Shown piece by piece: positions 33,591 to 48,424 of a stretch of DNA of 64,000 nucleotides; position 1 is the first letter of the stretch; the number at the start of each line of letters is the position of its first letter. The notes beneath the pieces were generated by a model that was given only the letters and a program-made list of their open reading frames with translations, ran no database searches and had not been told where the DNA came from. Origin of the DNA: the human T2T-CHM13v2.0 reference genome, Homo sapiens. The translations under genes and the position numbers were made by a program. The DNA lies in assembly GCF_009914755.1 (NCBI RefSeq), contig NC_060937.1; one strand, written 5' to 3'.

Positions 33591-36500
33591 TAATTGTGCT
33601 AAGTAAACATTATTCCCTCCATGTATTTGATAATCTTTATAGAACACATAGCACCATATTGCTTTTTCTCATTAGAGAATCACAGTGCGTGTTTCCTGAA
33701 GTAGAACAATATTCTAAGTAAGATTTAATCTCAGTTCATAACTGACTGAAATTCAAGGGTAATTTATAGTTTTAAAATATCCGCAGGTGAAAGAAATATT
33801 GTATTCCTTTTTTTTTTCCTGAGCAAAATAAATCTGTCCTGCTCCCCTTACTCTCTCCAGAGTTAACCTTTAATTGTTTATGAAGATTGCCAGTTGAAAG
33901 CATTTGAGCATCCTGAGTGTCCTGAAGTTTATACACTTCAGGGAAATGGGAAGAACTTCCTGTTGTTGCCATGGCTGACATGCACCTTTCCTGGGCCAAC
34001 TTGGCACCTTTCTTGTGCCCACATGGCCCCTTCAAAGTTCAATAGTAAACTCCCCTAGAATGATCTTTCCTCCCAAAGGCAACATTCAGCCAACAAGGCC
34101 TTTGCTTAGAATCCCAAGGCAGAAGTGCTACGTGTTCATTTTCAGCCTCTGCAAAGACATATATATGCAAATTATTTGGTATTATTCATGCAAACAGCAT
34201 TCAAATACCTAATGGTCTCAGTTTAGGATTTCCAGCACTATTTCTAATGCCATACTACACCTGTCTCCCACATCAAAGCACTGGAATTTCAATCTGCCCC
34301 GCCTCTGAGATAATCCACTTTAATCTATTTCACTCCCTATTGCCCCTAGAAGCCAATATTAGATAAAATTTAACATTTCACTCATTCTGGGATAAAGATA
34401 GCATAAAATCATACTGTGGTGCTTGCACATGATGTTTGTAAAAAAGAAAAAATCAATAAAAGTATTCCTTTTTCTCTGGTAACATATTCTCTATTACCAA
34501 ATTTGTGAATGTGTGGGGAGGAATCCATTCACTAGGGGAAGGGAATCAACAAAGCTCTATTTATCTTAATAATTCCCGTGCTCCACAAACAAGAGTAAAG
34601 TAAATTCCACCAGAGTAATTCAGGAATCTTTACACAGGATAATATTTTCCTTACCTAAAATGCATTTATAGGCATTTATTTCTTAACATCTCTTTTTTCA
34701 GCCACATTAATTTTCACACTGAAATCTGTGATGCTTTATACTTATTGATGGCAATTAGAAAAGAGAAGAAAAAGGAAGTTGGTAGTAAAATGCGAAGTAA
34801 AGAAAAAGGTAGATAGATGGGCACATTTTTGCAACAATACTTGGAATAGGTAAATGATGCAGATGAATAAATAAACTCAAAGCCACAGGCCAATATATCT
34901 ATGAGTGAAAAAGCTGAAACAAAAGGAGGAGGTTATGTCAGACTTTGTTTTTTTGCTGTGGTGGAATCAAAGGTAGAAAGGTAGAACTAAGTATATATTT
35001 AGCAGAAAAATAGTGTGCCTACTGTACTAAGTAAAAATTATCTTGGTGACAATCAGGTTTAAAAAATATAAAGTAAAAATTTTAAGAAATTGAAATTCTA
35101 GATAAAAATCAGATAACTACTCTAGAAAATACAAATTTGAATACATATTTTTTGAAAAATAGAAAAACTCAGGTTAAGTTTCATAAAAGTACCATCTGAA
35201 TACTCTAGAAAGAATAAATCCTGACAAAATTTTTAGTAAATAAGGATTGGTAAGTGAAAATTAATTGTCTAGGGGCTTTTATAAGTAATTTAAGTGTCTA
35301 TGATTGCTTGACTTGATGTCCATGTTATTGAACATTTCAATGATCAAGAATCAACGATTACAACACTGAGCTATCAAAACTGGTAAAATTGTTACAGAGC
35401 TTAGAGAGGTACATGTAAATAGGCGACCAATAAATGTATCTTTTGAATAAATGAAATATATTAAATATGAAAATAGATTTCTGGAATATTAAAGAAAGTT
35501 TACATTTATAGATATAATTTAGAAATGATGTGACTAGAGTTGATCATTGAATACTAGATTGGCTAGCACTTTCTGGGAAAAAGCATTAAACATAACACTG
35601 ACAGTGTCCAAAGCTGCTCTTTGAAAATATTCAACAGAAAGTGCTCAACTGAATAATTTTACTCATTAAATTGATGTGATATATCAGATATGCTTAATTC
35701 AAATCTCTTTTAGGAGTGGATGGACAGCTTAGATTTTCCTTCCACTATAGTACCACAGACAGTAATAATCAAATGATGGTTGTAAATGCTAGTTGATTGA
35801 TTACTAAGCAACTTATAAGCTTTTTTTCCCCTTTAATAATGTTCTATACTTACCAGGTTGGATCAGTGATGAAATGTCCAAGGCCTGAAATTTCTACGAT
35901 TAGTGTCATTCTTTGTGATAAGATATTATTTAATCAGAAGGACCATGTCCAAAAGAAAATTTGTTTCCTGGGAAAGGGAGCATATCAGCCTATTATGATA
36001 CATTCATGGATAAGAATGACCAATCATGAACTCTGGGTATTTCTACTTTGATGCTGCAGAGATTGCAATTACATTTGCACTGATATATTTTCAGCCTGAA
36101 ATAATATGTTAAGCTTTTGATATATGCCCTAAGAAATGATGATGTTGGCTCCGAAAAAGATTTCTACCATCAAGGGGACGAAAGGAGGTTAAAACTGGAA
36201 GCACACCCTGGTATTAAAACCAGGAAAACAGTGGACCGTAAGAGATAGACATCTGCTTTTTAAATTGTATTTTTTGGGAAAAACAAAAAGGTTTTCTCAT
36301 TAATAGATTTCTTTCACTGAATATAAACATAAGCTTAGATCTTGATGTAGTTAAAGAATATATTCTTTTTTATTCTTTTTTCTTGATGCTAATCTAATTA
36401 AAGTTATTCATCAGGTACCCCATAATTTAGCAAACGATTGTTTTCAAAAATTAGAACAAAGTTGTCAGCAACTGTTCAACACTGATGAACTCCTGAAACA

Positions 36501-36829
36501 CTTCCTTGCTTTGGTTCATCAAAACAGACAGTACATTTTAGTCAAACACCCTGATGATATACACATTTTCAATATCTAGTTTTTATGTATTCTTTAATTG
36601 TGGAATTGTTGGAAAATTCCCAAATGTTCATTTACCTCCTCTCATTAAAAATGGGCACCTATCACTTCTGTTTTGAAGTTTAAACAGTGCATTTAAATAT
36701 TTCATTACTATTAATGTTAAAAATAACCCTTGTTTTTTGATGTAGATACACTGACTTTTTTTCCTCATTTGCTGCATTAATTTGATAATAATGTGAAATG
36801 GTCCTAAGTTATTCTGCAAATTTAAGGCT

Positions 36830-36832
36830 ACA

Positions 36833-36882
<50 letters not shown>
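36830..36882. repeat. (CA)n microsatellite
   Basis: More than 20 consecutive CA units. Confidence 0.95.
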
Positions 36883-36884
<2 letters not shown>

Positions 36885-38887
36885 AAAAATTAAACAGAAG
36901 TAGAAAATAATTACTAAACAGCCAGACTTTGATATATGTAAGCTGCTACTTTGTTTTGTAGGGTTTCAAAACTTAAGCAGATATATTCTTCTCCCAGTTC
37001 TTCTGATTTATTTTTACTCAAATCCTGAACATTATGTTAATCTTCTGTATGTTTGACATTGCTTAATATCAGTGAGTACTTATTCCAAAATAAAGCTCTA
37101 ATTCCATTTCTTCTTACGACTTAGTACACATTGTTTATGGTGGCTCTTGCCTGAAATAATGAGATGGAAGTTGATCTCTCTTCTTTCTCTCTCTCTCCTT
37201 CTCTCTCTCTCTCACACACACGCAGACACATGCGTGCATACACACACACACACACTCTCACGCTCATAGGATCAATATTTATGGAGTGTTCACTGAGTCC
37301 CAGGCATTTTCTCAGCCATTAGTAATACAGCAGTACACAAGACCAAGTTCTTAGCCTCTTAGCCTTTTGGGAATTACATACTGGCATCTGAGTCTACTTG
37401 TAAAAGTTGTTTTTTACTGACTACCATGTAAAGTATGTTCATTCATGGCTTGTGAGTAATATATTGGGGTATTAGGAAGTTAATATTTATATAGTTAAAC
37501 TAAATATAACATTTAGTTAAAATATGAAAAACATGGAGCGTCTTTACATAGTTAAACCTACTAGTTTTCTAGCAGTGCCAGTGAAATAAAACAATAAATT
37601 ATAATTTGAATGGTATTTAATCCACAAAACTCTATCTTCACTTTTTAAAAAATCATTCATATGATCAAAAAGAAAGGTACTAAAAATACTACTGCATGGT
37701 TAGTGAATAATTCTCAATAAAATAGAGAATAAAATGGCCAACTACAAACTTATAAATTAAGCTTATAAGACATTGATTAAGCAACAAATTTAATAATAAC
37801 TTGTATCATTTTCTGTGAAAAAATAAAGTTTAACAAGAGGTGTACATATATGTGATAAAATATTTGAACAATGAATATCATTTCATTTTTCATGCGTTTA
37901 TATGTAGCTATCAGTTTTTTTTTCTGTCCATGATAAAATTGTGGGAAAGATAGAATAACTCTTACAAGACTAGTATTAACACTTCCATTTTTAAGATAAG
38001 GAAACGGGTTCAGAAAATACACATAAATATGGAAGAAAAATTAATAAATTATAAGAATATGATGTAAACCTAGGACTGTCATCACCTTCTAATAGTTCTT
38101 AATTTTTCCAACTTAATCCTGTATGATATTATGTTCAAACTGTGGGCTCTAGATAAAATATGAATATTGTTTTAAATAAATATCTACTACTTACTGTCTG
38201 TGCTTTCTCCAGTGCTAAATAAAACCATAATTCAGTTTCCTTATCTCTAAAATTTGAATAATAATGGTAACCTATCTTATAGCTATTATGGAAATTATTG
38301 TTTGAAATAGTATACAATGTCTGTTATGTCAACTGTTATTTAGCACAGACTCTATTGATCTTAATTTCCTTTTCTTTTAAATCTTCTCTTTCCAGGATAT
38401 GTATGTATGCAGTGTGTGTGTTCTTTTTGATAGAATTACCAATCACCAGCCCTTACATTTTGGCAACACATTAAGCACACACAAAAAATAATGCCCATTT
38501 GTACTTTTCCCACTCTTGTACTTTTGTAATATTAAAAATGGGTGACATAGAGCATGCAATCAAAACCTGCAGAACAATTATATAATTCTAATATCATGCA
38601 TATCACTTCCATTGTTAGTAAAACTAACAATGTTAGCTCCACTTCAATTAAGCCGAAACTATCTCTATAGCCTTTTCCATGTATTGCAGAAGCAATACCT
38701 TGTTGATATCATCAAATATTCCTGAAAGTCATTGCAATGGTAGCATAACTCTAACTCTAGGTTAGCACAGTAACACATCGCATTTCTTCTTTGCTATTTT
38801 TATTTTTCTTAGTGAAGTAAAATTTCTTTATTCTTCTTTCAGCTTTTATTTAATTTCATTTTCTCTCTTAAGTGCTGTTTATTCATA

Positions 38888-41696
38888 CATATTAACTATT
38901 CCTTGTCTAAAATTCTTGGAACCAGAAGTGTGTAAGATTTTGAATTGCTTGGGATTTTGAAATATTTGCATGTACATAATGAGACGTCTTGAGGTTGAGA
39001 CACAAATGTAAACACAAAATTTATTTTTCATAAGCACTTTACCAAGATAGTCTGAAGCTAACATTACATAATATTTTTAACAATTTTGTGCATAAAATAA
39101 AGTTATTGTACAGTGAACCATCAGAAACCAAAAGTGCTACTATCTCAGCCACCCACGTGAACAGTCTGTGGGGATTTTTTTTTTGGCAACACCATCATTC
39201 CTAACTCTGAATTTATAACTACTGATAAGCATTTTCTTATATTTTTTTCACACATAAGCACTTAACCATAATAAATATGACATAATATTAATACAGTGAA
39301 AAAATAATATGTTTAAGGTAACTAATCATCACACTAGCTTCACCAGAATACCTTTAACAGCTGTTAAACAACAGCAACAAAAAATAAGAGCAGGCTTTCA
39401 GTCTCCACCTAAGAAGCTGTGATTTGATTAAAAGGTTACTGTAGACAGTATTTTATCTTTTGTAGGTGAGAAAAAAACACTAGAAACAGTCGCCAACCAG
39501 GAAGTGGATCCTCTAGGGATGAGGAGACATTCAGCTGGATGGCTTTTTTAAATGCTTCCTCCAGAATCATCTGTCTCATTAACAACACTCTTTGTCTTAG
39601 AAGTCACTTTCTGATTTTATGAACTGAGAAGATTTCTGTTTCTGTTATGAGTGCACACTGCTTTAGGCCTTCAATAAGCTCATCACATATTTTCACCATG
39701 TTGTCGTGGGCTCTTTTTCTGCAACGTATAAATCATCTTCATGATCACTATTTTCATGATCACGTTGATTCGGAACCATTTTGGCTATTTGATCATGAGT
39801 CAATGAATGAAAAACTGCATTCTCATTCTCACTGTTAAAAACTTCCTAAATTCCACTTCTTCCGGCTTACTGAGGGACTCTGAAGGTATTTTTTGCATAT
39901 GTAAGGAGATCAGACATCGTTTTTTTTCCTCACTTGATATGTGGAATCCTTCAAACCCACCACCTTATTCATCATCATCACTAAACATGGTTACAGACTA
40001 GAGGCTATTCCAGACATGCACAACTGTGTCTTTAGTCACTTTATTCTAGCATTGGCAACAGCGTAGATGGCATCCTTCATGCTAAACTTCTTTTGAAAAC
40101 CTTCTACATTCACATCTCTGTTCACTGCTGCTAGCATGCTCTTCAAAAAAAGTGTTTTTATATTTACTCTTTATTGATCTAACAATATGTTGGTGATATG
40201 ACGGAATTAATGAAGTCATATTTGGGGAAAAACACATGGCATAAAATTATTTTTGATGAGAATTTCAACTGGAGGATGAGGAGAACAGTTGTCAAGGAAA
40301 AACAAAATCTTGCAATCATCATCCAGTCCAGCAACGCTGCAGTGAGCTTGAGCTGCTGGTACAAAATGTTTGTGAAACCAGTCAAAGAAGACGCCTTGAT
40401 GATTCATGCTTTCTTGTTAGCATAATAATGGACTAAGAAATTTACTCCTTGAAAAGAGTGAGGATGCAAGCTTTTTCCTATCACAGGAAGTTTATACTTA
40501 TGTTTGCCTGTTGCATTAGTACATCCCAGACACTTATTCTGTCCTTGGCATACTTAATTCCTATAGTGGCTGTCTTATCAGCTCTAGTCGATGTCTTTCT
40601 AGAGCAACAACACCACAACAGAAATGAATGTTTCATCAGCATTATAGACTTGTTCTGGCATCAGATCTTCATCAGCGATAATCTTGATATACTCATTAAT
40701 AAATTTATCTACAGCCTAATGGTCAGCAGATGCTTTATCACCATAAATCTTTAAAAATGTAATGTCATGACTTTTCTTAAATTTTTGCAACCAATCTGTT
40801 TAATATTCAGAGTTCTCTTCAATTTTCTAGTTCATTGTAATTGATCTTTGCTAATGTCATGATCCACACACCATTAAGTGGCATGCTTTATAAATAAAGC
40901 ATATTTATTTGTAGCTTTATTCAGTGTTTTTGTATTTTTCATTATCTTCTGCTGATCACTTTCAGCACAGATCTTCAGCAGTTTACCCTTAAGTTTCTTC
41001 AGGGGTAGATATGTGTTTCTTCAGGGATGCTAACATATCCACTTTGGTTACACAACTTACATATTTATTTTTAGCTTTATGCAGTGTTTTTGTATTTTTC
41101 AATATCTTCTGCTCATCACTTTCAGCACAGATCTTCAACAGTCTATCCTTGTGTTTCTCCATGGGTATATAGGACAGTTATTCTACCACCATATTCTTCT
41201 GTAAGATGTTTCACACGTACACTGCTGTCCAGTTTCTCTAGCAACTTGACTTTCTCTTATATAGATAAACAGAAATGCTTTCATTTTTTCTTATTACCAT
41301 TACCCACAGAGGTATTTGCAGACCTTTTTGACATTTTCAGTAATGTCTTTACACCAAAGAGCAGAGAATAAGCAAGAAAAAGCACAGTCAGTAATGCACG
41401 TAGGTCTTGGCCCCATGTAGGGCACTGGTGGGAACACACATCCAGCCTGTGCATGTGCCATGTTATTACCCTTTGTAGAAGGGCATGGAGAAGATATATC
41501 ACAGCTGAAGTGGGCTAAGGTGGTCATTTTTCCTTGGAGATGCTGAATAAACTGTGGGTTGTGCCTTTTGACTGCAACCTATCCCATGAAGTTAGGTGTG
41601 GAATTTTCCACTTGTGGCATCATATTAGCACTTAAAATGTTTCAGATTTTGAAGCGTTTTGCATTTCGTATTTTCAGATTCAGAATGCTCAACCTA
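38888..41696 (-). mobile_element. Tigger4 (Zombi) pogo-family DNA transposon, near full length, transposase dead
   Basis: Both termini are recognisable (right end ...gaatgctcaaccta). Transposase start MSKRSANTSVGNGNKKK* at 41334. DDE-domain peptide WFHKHFVPAAQAHC...KILFFLDNCSPHPP (40216-40407). About 2.8 kb. Confidence 0.88.
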
Positions 41697-42669
41697 CAAT
41701 GGGTTCTGATATATTTCTTCACTTAATTTTTGTAGATATTTAGATTCTAGTGTTTCACTTATTTTAATAAAATACTTAATGTATATTTGATTTATAGTGA
41801 AGAAAAGCGATATGTAAAAAAGGAAAAATACAAAAATAGCTATTTATTATTGTCCTTTATCCACCACTGAGCTCTCATCTTTACCACTTAATCTGTGGGA
41901 AAATTTCATATTTCACGTATTTCTTGAAACACATTATCATGAGTTTAAAGTTATAAATGGTTTTTCGAAGAAGGAAGGCTATGAAAACATTTGTCTCTTT
42001 GGTAAAAAACATTTTAAGGCAATTTTATGAACATATGAGTAGATATTTCCTGAATATCTATGATGATAACGCAAAAGAAAAATCCCAGGTTGTGACATAA
42101 CAATTTGTAAAATACTTCAATTGGAGTAGAAACAATTGTGCAAATTACTTCATGTCAGTGAGGCTCAGTAGTTTACTCTGTAGTATGAGACAATACTACT
42201 TTCTTTACAGTGTTTCTCTAAGAATTTAATTGCACATTACTTTGGAAAGCACTCTAAAAGTTTTTAAGTTTGAAATATGCCTAACATACAAAACAAAATA
42301 GCATAATATAATAGACATCCATGTATTTACTTCCATATTCAACAATTTTAATTAAACTTGCTTTATATTATTTCTGAGTATTAAAGAGGGAGTCAAAGTT
42401 TTCCTCTCCTGAACGATTTCTATTTTATTCTTTCCCTCTCTGGTGTCGCTGTGCAACTTTCTTATTCATATTTCACATTATCATTAAATACGTATGCTTG
42501 AACAATATTCAGAAATGTTTTATAATTTTTCTTAATTAATACATTTCATCATATTATACTTATTCCAAACATAGTGGTTTCTTACTCAACATTATACTTT
42601 TAAGATTTATTCCCATTGATGCATTTGGGTCCAGCATAATCAAGTGCTGTTTAATATTCTATGAAATAA

Positions 42670-43205
42670 ATGCTGAGTAAGTTAAGGATACTTTCAGTTT
42701 ACTTAATAGAAACTCCCGACAACCTTCCATTTAAATTTAGGGGTTGTTTTCTCAAATAATAAAGATTTGGACAGAGAGTCAGTCACTAAATAATGTTATT
42801 GTAGGCCAGGCTCACTTCTTTCCATCAGCAATCCTCACATTCATTCTTAGACCCGTAGCCTCATAACTGAAAGGTAGTTGCTTCAATTCACCGTATTATG
42901 CCCTCACTATTAAGCAAGAACTAGGCTGGTCTCCTATGTACAGCCCCTCAACACACACACACACACACACACACACACGCGCGCACACACACACACGTCT
43001 TTATAGGAAGAGAAATAACTTTCTCATAAACCTCACAGGAGATCTCTCTTCAAATATTACTAACCAAGATATAATTTACATGGACTAAAAGGCAAAAGAG
43101 AAACTTTGAAAGTGTTTATTTGTTTATTTTCCATAGTAGAATGCCAGAGAAAGTGGCATATAGAGACTGACTTATGGCTGCTAATAATAATGTCTGCCAA
43201 TAACA
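42670..43205 (-). mobile_element. Old MaLR LTR (MLT1K/L-like) containing (CA)n at 42950-42996
   Basis: taagttaaggatactttcagtt...aatagaaactc...aatgtctgccaa. Confidence 0.5.
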
Positions 43206-43334
43206 TGTCACCATTTATTCAAGCATTTTTGTATTGGCCAATATTTAGATTTTCTTCAATTTTTTAATATTATATAGAATACTGAAATAAATCTCTTTGG
43301 GCATATGTGTAATGAGAGTGTCTGTTTATGTACA

Positions 43335-43710
43335 TATGTGCATTTCGGCTGCTCAGTATCTTAATCACCTTTATATGATTGAGAAACCTTTTATTTTGTG
43401 ATTGTTGTTGCAATGCAGAGTTTGCCACCTACTATAGAAGCTGAAGATAACGGTAATCATTATCTCAGTCTCTGTTGCAGCTAGGGTATGCCCGATGACC
43501 TAAGCTCTACCAATTAGATTAACCCACTCCCCAGAATTTTAATTATGATATAATGATACATTTAAGCACTATAAAATTCTCACTGGTAGCAATAGCAGTA
43601 GGGGCAAGATCAAGTTACTGAAACAATAGTGACACCCATGTAAGTTATAGCAACTTATCTTTAATGGTGGTGAGCTTGGTTTCCTCACTGAATCAGTTCC
43701 CGGCTCCAGA
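43335..43710 (-). mobile_element. LTR33-like ERVL LTR
   Basis: tctcagtctctgttgcagctaggg...tgacctaagctctaccaattaga. Confidence 0.55.
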
Positions 43711-44194
43711 TTTTGGACATTATCCTTGACTGTATAGAAACTAATAGTCTTTTGATGAATTTTTGTTTGTTTGTTTACATTAGGCTTAAGCAAGGGAATT
43801 TTTTTTGCCTTGTTGTATTTTGTTTTAACTTTCATTTGCATTATGTGATTGCTCAGGTGGGTACACATTTTCCACGTGTATTAAAAAGTAATATTTCCTC
43901 TTTTATGACACTTTGGCTTCAATATTTTGCCCAATATCCCACTGGATTATTTTTTTTTCTTATTTATTTGTTGGAATTATACATGTATTCTAGATGCCAA
44001 ACATTTACAAATGTTATAAACACTTATAAAATTTGACCACACCTTCTTTAAATTTGTGGTTTGTCTCTTGATACATAGTTACCATGTTCAGAAATATGGG
44101 AGAAACTCTGGAGATTTTGTATAGTGATTAAAATAACTTGGACTGTGGAGTTATTCATTCAAAAATATTTATTGAGTTTGTATCAATCTATATC

Positions 44195-45320
<1,126 letters not shown>

Positions 45321-46110
45321 AAATATGTGGCGTGCTGGCCAGCATAGTAGATGCTAAAATGTCACAGTAAAAATAAGAAATAAAATTATCTTCCCTATAG
45401 AAATTATACTTTTGTAGAAGATATATGATATTATCCAAAGAAATGATTAATAAAACAGTGAAGTTCTATGAAACAAAAATAGAGTGCTATAAAGTGTAAT
45501 GACATTTATTGAGGTTCAAAGAAAGTCTCCTGAACGACAATCATATGTTTGGGGAATTAATACTTAAGATGTATACTGAATATGTGAATGAGGTATATTA
45601 ATATTCCTATAAAGCTTGCATAGTAAACTGTGATAAATGTTTAGAGTTGGCAGTTACTGGCATGGCAGCTGATAACTGAAATTTAATAATAAATGAGATT
45701 GATGAAAGAGTAGAGAAAGATAAAAAGTCACATGAAGGCATCTTTTGATAAACACACCTGAAGAGTTTTAAACTGCTTGCAGGTCAATTAAGATGCAAAT
45801 TAATATGTATTCAAAAGACAACATGTAAGTCATTCACGATCTCCATTAATATGGCTTGTGGGTGGCAGAATTCAGATTACAGTGAGTTAAACAAGTAATA
45901 ATCTCATAGAACCAAAAGTAGAGATCATAACATAAATAACACATCGATTTTAATTTCCAACTCAAATTAAAAATTAGATTTCATATAAAAATTTGGATTA
46001 TGGGTCCTTTTGAAAAATTGGAAACCTTATCAATCTTTCCCTAAACTGGCTTGAAAAAATATTCAACCGGGTTGCCGCCCCTCCTTGAGATTATAGGGTC
46101 CATACATTCT

Positions 46111-46502
46111 CTCTTTTTTTTTATTATTATACTTTAAGTTCTAGGGTATGTGCGCACAACGTGCAGGTTTGTTACATATGTATACATGTGCCATGTTGGT
46201 GTGCTGCACCCATTAACTCATCATTTACATTAGGTATATCTCCTAATGCTATCCTTCTCCCCTCCCCCCACCCCACGACAGGCCCCAATGTGTGATGTTC
46301 CCCTTCCGGTGTCCAAGGGTTCTCATTGTTCATTTCCCACCTATGAGTGAGAACATGCAGTGTTTGGTTTTTTGTCCCTGCGATAGTTTGCTGAGAATGA
46401 TGATTTCCAGCTTCATCCATGTCCCTACAAAGGACATGAACTCATCCTTTTTTATGGCTGCATAGTATTCCATGGTGTATTTGTGCCACATTTTATGGAC
46501 AT
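46111..46502 (-). mobile_element. 5'-truncated L1PA (about PA4-5) 3' end
   Basis: L1PA 3'UTR with a perfect 17-bp TSD tagggtccatacattct at 46094-46110 and 46503-46519. Confidence 0.95.
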
Positions 46503-47170
46503 TAGGGTCCATACATTCTGTATTTCATCACTGTCAGTATTGAACTGCATCACTTTTAATATTTCTACCTGGCCTTTCTAGCACTTGCACTCATAGACTC
46601 TGCAACATGCAGTTCTTTAAAGAAGATAATGTGGAAGAGAAAAATGTGGTGTCTGATAGTAAAAGAGGGTTATGGTTTTTGTTTTTTCTTCCCTTTTTTT
46701 TCTTCTCTTCCTTCTTTAAAGAAAGTCAATAACTGATTGCCGAAACCAAGGTGTATACTGGTTGATATAAATAAGCCCATACATAGAAAGAAATTATAGA
46801 TAGAACTGAGAAAGTTGAACTCTATTTACGCCTATTTAATTACTGGAATAACACTTACCAAGCTACTTAAACTCTGGTGCTTAATGTCTTCACTTATACC
46901 GTGAGAATTAATACCCACTTCCTGAAGTTATCCTGCAGAATAAATGAAATCATGTTTCCAAAGCTTATCAATAGTTCATGACCAAGTAACTATTTAAAAG
47001 CACATAAAGGAGACACATTATTAATATAGTAATCAACATACCACAGTGGCTGAAAAAGAATTAAACTCAAAGCACTAAGTTAGTCATTACACAATCCCAG
47101 GCTGTTTCATTAGGCAGTTGATGGTAACACATGGGGAAAGCAAAGGGACATCAAGACAATAAATCAAATA

Positions 47171-47746
47171 CATTCATGTGCTGCTAAACGACAGGGATAT
47201 GTTCTGAAAATTTGAGAAATGTATCATAAGGCAATGATGTTTGCCATGCAGATTTCACAGTGTACTTACATAAACCTGTATGGTATAGCTTAGAACACAC
47301 CTAGGTTATAAGGTATAGCCTATTGCTTCTAGAATACAAACCTGCACAGCATGTTACCATATTGGATAATATAGGCAATTGTAACACAATAATAAATATT
47401 TGTGTATCTCAACTTATTGGAATCTAGAAAAGATACAGTAAAAACACAGTATAAAATAATAATAATAATAATAATAATAAAACAGTACCTATATAGACCA
47501 CTTAGCACGACTGGCACTTAAAGGGCTGAAAATTGTTCTGGGTGGATCAGTGAGTGATTAGTGAGTGAATGTGAAGGCCTGGGATATTACTGTACACTAC
47601 AGTAGATGTCTTAAACATTAGGCATTAGGGTAAATGTATAAAATACATTTTATTTCTTCAATAATACATTAAACTTAGCTTACTGATAATTTTTTGCTTT
47701 ATAAACTATATTTTATTTTAGCTTTTTGACTCTTTTGTACTAAACA
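47171..47746 (-). mobile_element. Tigger3b (Golem-derived) fragment, cut off by the KRTAP-like insertion
   Basis: One terminus (cattcatgtgctgctaaacgacaggg) plus internal tatagcctattgcttctag, gtgagtgaatgtgaaggcct. Ends abruptly at the T-run at 47747; the remainder is not seen in the window. Confidence 0.8.
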
Positions 47747-47776
47747 TTTTTTTTGGAATAAAGAACCATTTTTATT
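47747..47776 (-). terminator. Polyadenylation signal and genomic polyA of the KRTAP21-like copy
   Basis: AATAAA at 47771-47776, followed 16 nt later by A8 (47747-47754) at the junction with Tigger3b. Confidence 0.7.
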
Positions 47777-48057
47777 ACAAATGATTGACTTCCCCAATTG
47801 TAGATGTTATGATCATTAACACAGTCATAACAGAGAATCAGAGATTAAGGGAGCAAAAGATAACATTTGGAAAACAGTCAGATGACACCGTGGATCCTAT
47901 GGCCATGATTTCATTCAAAGAAATGTGAGGCTAGAGGTCCAAGACTCTGTCAGGCATGTAATCCTTGGATATAGAAATCTTGGAGTATGAATCCTTGAAT
48001 CAGTATTATCTTTAGACGTGTCATCTTAGAAGCAAATGGTCCTCTGACAGTGATGTT

Positions 48058-48339
48058 TTAGCAGGAAGAATAGCATCTTCTAAAGCAAAATGGCCGGTAG
48101 CCACAGTAGCCAGAGCCAGAGCCACATCCACAGCCATAGCCAGTTCCATAACCACAGCCATACCCACAGCCGTAGCCAGTTCCATAGCCACAGCCAGAGC
48201 CAGAGCCATAGCCACAGCTGTAGCCAGTTCCATAGCCACAGCCATAGCTGGAGCCATAGCCACAGCCATAACCAGAGCCATAGCCACAGCCATAGCTGCA
48301 GCCATAGCCACAGGAGTTGCCGTAGTAGTTGCAACACAG
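48058..48339 (-). pseudogene. KRTAP21-1-like high glycine-tyrosine keratin-associated protein; 93-codon frame intact but start codon is CTG
   Basis: Manual translation: (L)[92 protein letters not shown]. Both termini match recalled KRTAP21-1. An in-frame TGA lies two codons upstream. This frame is absent from the supplied ORF track. Confidence 0.9.
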
Positions 48340-48416
48340 TTGTCAAGAGGAGAGACTTGAGATGGGTTTCAAGAAGATGCTTCTGAGGTGTGGACGTCTT
48401 CTACTTCCCTGAGACC

Positions 48417-48424
48417 TTTATATA
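48417..48424 (-). promoter_or_regulatory. TATA box of the KRTAP21-like gene
   Basis: TATATAAA on the minus strand about 78 nt upstream of the start position, consistent with a short 5'UTR. Confidence 0.75.

Noticed and set aside
30150-38880. Possible hidden exons or conserved elements in the long AT-rich stretch
   Set aside because: Only short random ORFs, microsatellites and faint L1M/L2/MIR remnants are visible. lncRNA exons or enhancers cannot be judged without conservation or expression data.
48080-48386. WLWLWL and HSHSHS ORFs in the ORF track
   Set aside because: They are shadow frames of the Gly-Tyr-Gly-Cys KRTAP repeat; one has a TTG start and the other is antisense.
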